64,000 nt of DNA from Octopus vulgaris (Eukaryota): NCBI GenBank assembly GCA_951406725.2, contig OX597814.1, positions 57,102,001 through 57,166,000 on the forward strand, given 5' to 3'. The translations under genes and the position numbers were made by a program. Below the pieces are notes generated by a model, which saw nothing but the letters and a program-made list of their open reading frames with translations, had not been told where the DNA came from and made no database searches. Shown here piece after piece: positions 54,871-64,000 of this stretch (positions are counted from its first letter, which is position 1; every line of letters starts with the position of its first letter).

Positions 54871-57409
54871 TGTATGTATGTACGTATGTATATGCGTGTG
54901 TGTATATATACGTATTATGTATGTGTCTTCTATTTTTTAATTATAATAAATCTTCCACAGAGGAGGGAGCCAGTTTCCAACATAGATATAAGGCTCCGTC
55001 TTTGGGATGTAGTTAACACAGACAAATTCACATTTGGAACTTGAGAAAAGTATTGCATATTTTCACTGTTCCACACACAGATTGGACTTGGAATGTACGA
55101 ATCAGCCAGTCAGTTTCTCTTTCTGAAAATAGCTTTCTCTTTGTTAATAGCTTGACAAACTGTTGTGTTGTCTTAGATTATTTAAGAACTATCACCACTA
55201 AAAATTACCTGTGTCATTGTATATGTGGATATATTTTTATTTTGTCTTTATTCTAAAGGCATCTAAATATATTGATTTCAAATTCTGGCACGATGCCAGC
55301 AATTTCGTGCGTGGCGATATGTTGTTTATATCGATTCTAGTGATCAACTGATACTTATTTTATCGACCCCGAAATGTATGAAAAGCAAAATTGACCTCGG
55401 TGAAGTGTGAACTCAGAACGTAGAAACTGACGAAATGCCGCTAAACATTTTACTTGGTGATCTAACGCTTCTGTCGGCTCACCACCTTATACATCTAAAT
55501 ATATATGATTTAGCTAAACATTGGTGCACCGTTTCCGTGTTAGAAACAATGTTGTAGCAACAAATATAACTTATACACATCGAAAAATAAATTATCCAGA
55601 TGACTGACAAATATTCACCCACTAATACATTATACCCACTAGTCCACAACATGGCTGCTTCTTCCCTGTTTCTTCTATCGCAATTAAATTGTACTTTTGT
55701 TCTAAACTAACGAAGTCGCATTTCAAGTGAAATTCAGAGAAAAACTCTTCTGAAAAGAAGATGCAGTATTATCAAGAGAGAGAGAGAGACGGGGGTGGGG
55801 AGAACATGATGAAAATTTGAAATGAGGAGCGAGTAATGTTTCCCTTAATGTTCTTATTCTCCTGCACGTTTTTTGCCGTTGTTAACTGTAGCACCCTTTT
55901 GTGAGAGAAACTTCGGTGTTCTAAAGCGAAATGAAAGGTCGTGCTTTCGGTCTACATAAGTGCAAGAACGTTTGAATGAATTAACAGTTTTTTTCCCAAG
56001 AAATGCAAAGAAAGTATCTCAGAATATGAATAAATAATGAACCTTCCTAAATAGAAATAGTGAACACAGAAAAGGAACCACTTTTGTATTTAGTGCTTCT
56101 TATTATAGTCCTGTTATCTATTGTTTTATATAGAGATTTTGAATAAAATTGCGTTTACTGCTTTTATGAATAGCTTTAATATTTTTATTCTGTTACAATA
56201 AAAAAGTAATACCTAGCATCAGTGTTGTGTTTTAGGTAGATCCAAAACTCATCACCAGCTTGCCAGGCTTGTCGCAACTTTACCATATTACTTATTTTTA
56301 CGAGATGAGTCGGCTAAAGCAACGGGAAATGAAGCGCTGTGCTCAATAACACAGTGCATTGCCTGGTTCAGGAATCGAAACCACAATTTTACTAGCATAA
56401 GTGCAACACCCTAACCACTAAGCCACGCACCTCCACTTATTCTATTGTATCCGTTGTAAATACCTCATGTCCACAACATGTATATAACCATAACACACGC
56501 ATAAATCATCTCTATTTGCCACTGATTTGTAAAATTCTTAGAGAACAGTTTCATTGAGACCCAGTATTTCACAACTCACTTTTGTAAGGGCTTATTAAAT
56601 AGCAATTACCTACAACGTTGTATGATTCATGTGTAGACCATAGCCATCTGCTATTCTGAAATGTCAGCAAAATACTACTCTCGTCAGAGGCCAATAAATA
56701 TTATTACACTTTTTCATGGACAATGGTTTCACAAAATAGTCAGGCATCGGAAAAACACCTTGCGGTATTTACTTAAAACTCTTTACTTTCTGAGTTCAAA
56801 CCTGTCGTGTTCAATTTTGCCTTTTATCTTGAAGCAGTCGATAAAATCGTTTAAAGGATAATGTAGGCAATGGTATACTTATCTCCTCAAATCTGTGTCC
56901 CTGTGCTAAAATTAAAAGGATCTATAATGAGCCGCTCCACTACATGGAAAATGGGTGGCCCATCAGAGATATACGAGGTTCAAATGTACGTGGCTTCCGT
57001 TTGACAGATCATAGTCACGTAATCACGTGACTGATCAGGCTATCATATGGTGTTACACATCGCTGGTCACAATGCACTGATGCCACTCCGCTGGCTAAGC
57101 GAACAGGCCAACACCAAAAATCCCCACTACCACCACCACCTGATCAAAGGAGGACTGGAGCAATGTGAAATGAAGTGTTTTGGTCATGAACACAACGCAC
57201 CACCCAGTTAGGGAATCGAAACCACGATCTAACGATCGTGAGTGCAACAGTCCAGCCACGAAGCCACGCGCCTTCGCAATAGATCATAGCACGGACAATA
57301 AATGTGTGCTGTGAGGCGATAATTTTAATGAAATGATTTTTATCGGTTCGTATCAAAATTTCTTACCATTTCTATTTTCTTTGACTGTATTTATTAATTT
57401 TAGTGGCAA

Positions 57410-57620
57410 TCCTCTAATTAGCAACACTTCCTTTCCACCGGATCACTTTCATCATCTTCAATTGCTGGAGGAATCTTGAACGTTTCTAGACGCCGTATTT
57501 TACTCCGCTGGGCCCTGGAGCAGAAGCTGACCTTGCTACCTAAGCAACTTCCTCAATTTCCCTCTTGCTTGGCTCGTTCATGTCAAACTACTTCGTTGTT
57601 GGCGCTGGACTTATAAGGAT
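57410..57620 (-). mobile_element. RLE-type non-LTR (Hero/NeSL-like) RT N-terminal relic
   Basis: FDMNEPSKREIEEVA*VARSASAPGPSGVKYGV*K..MKVIRWKG (RT domain-0 APGPSG motif). Confidence 0.55.
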
Positions 57621-59225
57621 GTTTTTTGACGAAGTTCATGCTCCCCTTCGAGGTTATTTAAGGTATGGCAAAGGAAGGTGTTCACTCCTTAAGCCAGACA
57701 GTTCACAATATTGAAGCCAGGACGTTTTAACAAACTAGTAATTTTAACATAAGCAGTAGAGAGGTAAGGTTACTCTATTTTTCTTGTGTAATTAATTCAT
57801 TTGCCTAAAGAAAAACTTGGAAAGCATGTGTGAATGTGAAAAGTATTGAACATTTCTGAGCTGAAATTCTGAATACATCAAAAGTCTCAGATTTGGTGCT
57901 TCTTATTGCAGTACTGTTCTTTATTGTTTCATATACAGATTCTGAGTAAAATTGATTGCGATTCTCCGTTTTCAGGAATTAATATAATTCTTATGTGAAG
58001 GCACATGACTCAGTGGCTAGAGCGTCGGGCTCACAATCATAAGGTAGTGAGTTCGAATCCGGATCCAGGTTGTGTGTTGTGTTCTTGAGCAAGACACTTT
58101 ATTTCACGTTGCTCCAGTTCGCTCAGTTGTAGAAATGAGTTGCGAAGTCACTGGTGCCAAGGTGTATAGGCCTTTGACTTTCCCTTGGATAACTTTAGCA
58201 GCATGGAGTGGGGAGGCCTGGTATGTATGGGCGACTGCTGGTCTCCCATAAACAACCTTACCCAGACTTGTGCCTCACAGGGTAACATTCTAGGTTCAAA
58301 CCCATGGTCATTGGTGACCGAATGGGATCTATTTCATTTATAATTTTCTTATTCTACTGTATGAAGAAAATTATGGAATAGAGGCCGTAGAAACATACAA
58401 TACACAAACATGCGTGACTCCTAACACGGTGCTAATAATATAGAATAAATTTGTGAGCCGTGAGAAGAAAAATTCAAAGAAATTTCTAAATTTAATTTTT
58501 GCCGACTAGACTTACTTACAATAATGTTTTACTTGAGTGAAATGTATAATCTTAGGAATTAAATATATTTGGAAAATATAACTAAAACTTCGACACAGAA
58601 ACCATAGTTTCATTATCGCTAGCATTATCGTTCAATTTGTAAACAGCAATAATTATAATTAAACTGACTTAAACTAAATTCACTGGAAAAAGGAAAGGAT
58701 GAAAAGAAAAGAAAAGGAAAATAAGCAACGCGTCATCTGGTAAAAATTAACCGTCTAGCTGTTTTCAATGCAGTACAATGGATGATTGAGTATATAGAGC
58801 AGAGGTGGGAATACTAACTGTAATCGATAGCCAAACCATCTACTTGACTAAATCGTTAAAAGTATACGTTCACATGACCTAAATCTAATCAGAGGAACTA
58901 GTGATAAATAAAAGAATATTTGCATACGCAAAAAGGCAAACATACACGCGCACGCGCGTAGATGGAGGTGTATATATATATATATATAATTAAAAATGCA
59001 CATTAAGTATTGGACAATTACCAAAAAAATACACATTAATTAAGTACAGGATCTCACTAACGAGTGAAAAATACGGTCCTGTACTTATCTCTGTGTGTTT
59101 ACGTATTTATCACTCGTTGGTGATATCCTGTACTTTATGTGTATTTTTAATTATTTTTAATTATTTATAATTGAACGTCACGATTGAAAAGATTCCACCA
59201 TGAAGCCTTTGCCAAAAGTAAGTTT

Positions 59226-59273
<48 letters not shown>

Positions 59274-59559
59274 AAGAGTGAAAAAACTACAGAAGGCTTA
59301 AATGTTAAAAAATATATATATTTGCGTCAATATGTCTAAAGAATTTTTTTTTTTTTTTCTCTTATAATGACATAATTTAAAAGAAAGACCGGTTTCGCGT
59401 GTAGCTTATACATTTTACCGTCAATGACAATACATTTTACCGTCAAAAATCCGGAATTGCTATGGGTACAAGGGCAGCACCAGTCATTGCGAACTTAACA
59501 ATGGGATACATGGAAATAATCATTTACCAGGAATCTTTATCAATCTTTGGAAACCCCTC

Positions 59560-60696
59560 TCTCAATACATAAAAGAGAATTGGAAACGATTCTTAGACGA
59601 TTGTTTTATTCTCTGGAATGAAAACACAGATAAACTCCTAAAATTTAAAAACCTATTGAACAGCATAAACCCAAATATACAGTTCACAATGGAATACAAC
59701 CAAAAGGAATTCCCGTTCTTGGATATACTAATTAAAAAAATTAACCTTAAAATAGAAACAGACATTTTTTACAAAGCCACAGACGCCAAACAATACCTTC
59801 TTTTTAATTCATGCCACCCAAGACACACTAAAACAAACATCCCCTTCAACCTTGCAAGAAGGATATGCACAATAGTGTCAGAACAAAATACCAGGAACTT
59901 TAGACTGCAAGAACTCAAAAACACCCTAATTGACAGACATTGCTCAGCTCAACTCATAGAGGATGGGATCAGACGTGCAACAGAAATCAACATAGAAACT
60001 TTAAGAAAAGTTCAACACAACAACACACCTTCCCCGAAAATACTACCTTACATATCTACATACAACCCCAGAAACAAAGAAGCCTTCACCATCATCACCC
60101 AGAATTTACCAATACTTCATAAAGACCCCAAATTAAAGGAAATTCTAAACATACACCAAATCATTAAAAGCTACAAACAGCCTAAATCACTTAAAAAGAT
60201 TCTCACAAAGGCAAAATTGTCTTCTGAAATTACGGATGCAAAAGTAAAAAAATGTGGTAGATCGAACTGTGCAACATGTCCTAACCTGCTAGAAGGATCA
60301 GAATTCCTCTTTAAAGAGGGACAGAAATTCAAGATCAAATCTAACTTTACTTGTGCCTCTGAAAACATAATTTATGTCATAAAATGCTCGGGCTGCCACC
60401 AAGACTACGTGGGTTCCACGGGACTATCACTCAGACGTAGATGCACACTGCATCGACAACAGATTGCATTCCCAGAATATAGAATGATACCTTTTAGTGA
60501 GCACATTGAGAAATGCGCAAAGCAACTACTACCACAATTTTTAATCTTTCCATTTTACCAATGTGCTTTCGGATCATCAACACAAATTAGACTAAACAAG
60601 GAAACATTCTTCATTGAAAAGTACAAGCCCAGACTCAACCATCCGAACATACTGATACAGAGAAATTCACACCAAGGGAAAGGAAAAAGTTTTTAA
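59560..60696 (+). CDS. Open RT thumb, Cys linker and GIY-YIG endonuclease region of the Penelope element (truncated, no true start)
   Basis: FLDD, FPFLDI, TDIFYKATD..SCHPRHTK, CGRSNCATC linker, NIIYVIKCSGCHQDYVGSTG..R..H, E..FI..YKPRLN. Confidence 0.85.
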   Translation, partial: SQYIKENWKRFLDDCFILWNENTDKLLKFKNLLNSINPNIQFTMEYNQKEFPFLDILIKKINLKIETDIFYKATDAKQYLLFNSCHPRHTKTNIPFNLARRICTIVSEQNTRNFRLQELKNTLIDRHCSAQLIEDGIRRATEINIETLRKVQHNNTPSPKILPYISTYNPRNKEAFTIITQNLPILHKDPKLKEILNIHQIIKSYKQPKSLKKILTKAKLSSEITDAKVKKCGRSNCATCPNLLEGSEFLFKEGQKFKIKSNFTCASENIIYVIKCSGCHQDYVGSTGLSLRRRCTLHRQQIAFPEYRMIPFSEHIEKCAKQLLPQFLIFPFYQCAFGSSTQIRLNKETFFIEKYKPRLNHPNILIQRNSHQGKGKSF

Positions 60697-60805
60697 GCGA
60701 TTATCTCCCTTACACCGGAAGAAATCACTCACTACCTTCCCTTATTTAGAACTCTCCTGAACATAAACATAACGATAACTCTATTCAACATAAACATAAC
60801 GTCAC

Positions 60806-60844
60806 AAGAAATTTGAAAAGCTACACGCGAAACCGGTCTTTCTT
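60806..60844 (+). ncRNA. Minimal type I hammerhead in the Penelope 3' repeat, U3-A8 core
   Basis: AAGAAA(U)-UUGAAAA-GC(UACAC)GC-GAAAC(CG)GUC^UUUCUU, palindromic helix III ACCGGU. Confidence 0.65.
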
Positions 60845-61016
60845 TTAAATTATGTCATTAAAAGAGAAAAAAAATTTTTTTTTAAATTTTCTAATATTCT
60901 TCAGACATATTGACGCAAATATATATATTTTTTAACATTTAAGCCTTCTGTAGTTTTTTCACTCTTTACTATTTTCTATATATTCACCCACGTGCTTTCA
61001 CAAACCAACTTTCTTA

Positions 61017-61072
<56 letters not shown>

Positions 61073-61180
61073 CATTTATATACATAGGTATTTATATACA
61101 TGTATGTATATATGTATGTATGTATGTATGAATGTATGTATGTAGGTAGGTATGTGCGTGCGTGCGTGTGTGTGTGTGTG

Positions 61181-61217
<37 letters not shown>

Positions 61218-61439
61218 TTGTGTTTGTATGCGTGCATGCATGCATGTATTAACAACGTCAACGTTCAGAAGTGAATGAATGCTATTTACGCATCTGCTAC
61301 CAAAGTGTATCAAAGAGATGTTGTAGTAAAGCCTGCCTTCTTTTTACACAAAATTTTGTGTAAAATTTTTCAATCCTGTGAAATAGAAATATCACAAAAG
61401 GAAGATCTCTTAATCTATGACAGATAGTGTAAACGTGTA

Positions 61440-62870
61440 TCATATAAAATCTAATCCTAAGTTATCCGATTTGTCAACCCAAAGTCATCCACCCATTACT
61501 AGATACCTCACCTACAAAACAACTTATCACAAGCATGCAAACCTCTGAGAAAACAGTACAACAATGCTTTCTTCATCTTCATGGTCAGCAAAATAGTGTA
61601 TGCTTCAAATAATTTTTTCTTCTGGTGGTCATCGAACTCACATTAGAAGATTTATTGCGGCTTTCAAGGATTTGGATTCAAACTCTGTACCAAAACAAGA
61701 CGGTCTCCCAGCCAAACAGCTAAAAGTGTGCAAAATTTGTCTTGCCATTAAATATTCTGGTACAAAACCCTCTAGCAGAGTCACGGATAACCCGCGACCC
61801 ATTGACTTTTTGAATGTCACGCCTAACGAAAAATTACCGTGAATACTTTAGTAGTGCGGCTCACTTCTCGAAATCAGTTGCTCATACCTGGACCAGAGAA
61901 AAACATCTAGCTCTACTGAAAGGAGACACAGTAACAAAGGCTGTTGTAGGGCTGAAGCTAAAACTTATAAACCAGATTCTTTTGCAATCGTCACATCTAT
62001 GATAGAAGAAAATATTGTTCGAAAAAAAATAATCCACTACCCAAGAAAAACAATCACTTAGATGACATACAGCATGGTTTTCGGGCAGGAAGAATTTGCC
62101 TGACATAACTCTTACAACTGTCCTTAATAATATCTCACAAGAGAATGGAAATTAACTGCGTATATCTAGAGTTTACTAAATCTATTGACAAGAGGGATTA
62201 CAGAATCATACCGAAAATAATAGTTTCCTTTTTTTACTTTTACAGGCTACAAATCAATCTGTTACTACCAATATTCTTTACTGTCAAGCAATTTGTAATA
62301 AGCGGTGTATTTCAAGGCATGCTATTAGGTCTACAACTACGCTCTCTTAATCTAATAATGAGTTATGCCGATGATACAAAAATATTGATTGCGGTTGTAA
62401 CTGTAGAAGATACAGACACATTTCAGAAGGAGCTAGACTGATCTGTCGACGGGCAGGTGAAAGGAATAGGAAATTTAACCACTGAAATTTCAATTTTTTA
62501 AACACAGAAAGGATAGGATCAGTACGAATTATTTAATTCCACACAGTAAAGCAATTCAATATTCCGAGACAATACGGGATTTAGGAATAATTATATCAAA
62601 TGATGCATCTTCCCTAAGAGATATCGCTAAGCTGACCTCTGAATGCAAATGTCTTACAGGATGGGCTCTACGAAACTACGTCATAACAGAACTAGTTATG
62701 TTAATTTTATGGAAAACCCTACTTTTGAGCAGATTAAATTACTGTCCACTGGCTTTGTTTTCAAGCAAGCCTAGTAAAATATAATCTTATATAAGAAGAT
62801 GGAGGGTTACAGAGAACGTTTAGAAGTAAAATAACTTCAGATAAAAACTCAATTATTGTGAACATTTCAA
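61440..62870 (+). mobile_element. Highly decayed CR1/L2-group LINE RT
   Basis: QHGFRAGRICLT, VYLEFTKSIDK, SGVFQGMLLG, SYADDTKI..FQKELD, RDLGIIISND. Confidence 0.75.
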
Positions 62871-62934
62871 ATCTTGCCCAAGGTGTCATGCAGAGGGACT
62901 GAACCCAGAATCATGTGGTCGGGAAGCAGGCTTC

Positions 62935-64000
62935 TTTATTTAATGAAACTGGCCATGAAGGCCTTACATAGAGGGGACAGCAGAAGGTGGGGACAAAAAA
63001 ACAAAACGAATAAAAATAATGAATTTATATAATGAATGATGAAAATGAAGCTGAGCAACTTCATTGAACCTGTTAATACAACCCAACCTTTTTTATAAAA
63101 CTAGTTTATAATGCTTTTTTTGCGACCATCGTTCCGAAGAGTGTTTATATTTTTTAAAATTATCCTGAAAACTTACTTTTTTCGGCATTGAGCTGGTGTC
63201 CAGTTTCTTGACCCACAACTGATAGTCGTGATTTTCCTCATAGTCCTTCAATTCCGACATATATTCTGGGTCTGCCACTACACAATAAATGTTGTAGGAC
63301 ACCCCTCCACCCCTGATACATCCACTTTTATAGCATTGTCCCACAAGTCTATATTCTCCACTACACAATATAGCATGTTATTCAAGGGCGAAGGTGGGGG
63401 AATTTGGGGCTCCTGTGTGCTCATGTTTGTCTTCATGTCAGGTGGGCATGGAGAGAGTTGGTATCTGTAAGGAGTGGTTGGGGTAGAGTGGGTGTGAGGT
63501 GTGGGAGTCATCCTTTACTACATGTGTCCTCCTTCTCCTTTTTCTTTTCTTCTTCTCCGCTATCTCCCAGCTGTCGTTTGACTCCTCTTATTCGATGCTA
63601 GCGGTTGTCTTTATCTGTAGTGCCATATCGTTTTCTCCATGGGCTGTAGAGCACCTACCACCACTTTCTCGCTCTCCTTAGCTTTTTCGTGTGGTGGAGT
63701 GCACTCCACTCTAATGTGGCACTTCAGGCGACAATTATAACACTGCGGAATCCTTCTCTCCACTCTAACTTTCAAGGTAGTTTCTCCGACTGAGATGTTT
63801 TCTATCCTCTTTTCCAAATCCTCCTCCGCGACCTGTACCACTATTTCAAGGGTTTATCCTTTCCAATTCCTATGGGGCGATCCGGTGCCCTGTAGGCCCA
63901 CCACCTTCTCCTCCATGCCCAGCAGTATGGCAGCCATCAGGCAGGCCACATTCACATCTGGTGGTATGTCTTCCCTGAAAGTACATCTCCCAAGGTACAC
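62935..64000 (-). mobile_element. Tx1/L1-like ORF1 region with CCHC knuckle running directly into a 3' end
   Basis: TLKVRVERRIPQCYNCRLKCHIRVEC; final ORF piece stops at 63093; AATAAA at about 62935-62940. Confidence 0.6.

Larger units (their letters stand above)
59270..60970 (+). mobile_element. 5'-truncated Neptune-like Penelope element with inverted 5' terminal repeat
   Basis: 59270-59407 is the reverse complement of 60818-60970. RT motif GIAMGTRAAPVIANLTMGYME, one frameshift near 59555, then WKRFLDDCFILW. Adjacent to (TA)n. Confidence 0.92.

Noticed and set aside
57361-57370. ATG|gtaaga, like the ATG-only first exon of calmodulin genes
   Set aside because: Lies beside a retrotransposon RT relic with no promoter evidence, and exons 1A-1C have their own ATGs.

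Overview
AT-rich, microsatellite- and transposon-dense animal DNA. The SINE, Penelope and (TA)n landscape suggests an octopod cephalopod; this is an inference, not verified. Only one host gene could be reconstructed: a minus-strand calmodulin-like protein with four EF-hands. Its shared exons are 10656-10571 and 6896-6695. Three separate ATG-containing EF-hand-1 exons (13549-13400, 32227-32093, 38024-37890) each have a TATA box and a phase-0 GT donor, and I found no second copy of exons 2/3. This points to a variable-first-exon/constant-region calcium sensor. The two recently duplicated first exons differ at 16 of 45 amino acids but at only one purely silent codon. Inside the long intron, on the opposite strand, are two tandem arrays (5 x 362 bp and 2 x 364 bp). 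Each unit carries a type I hammerhead ribozyme with a non-canonical U3-A8 core, consistent with Penelope-dependent retrozymes. A Neptune-like Penelope element with the same ribozyme core lies at 59.3-61.0 kb. The rest is decayed R4/Dong, Tx1/L1, CR1-like, gypsy, mariner/Tc1 and hAT elements, SINEs and microsatellites. All alignments and folds were done by eye, and transposon boundaries are approximate.
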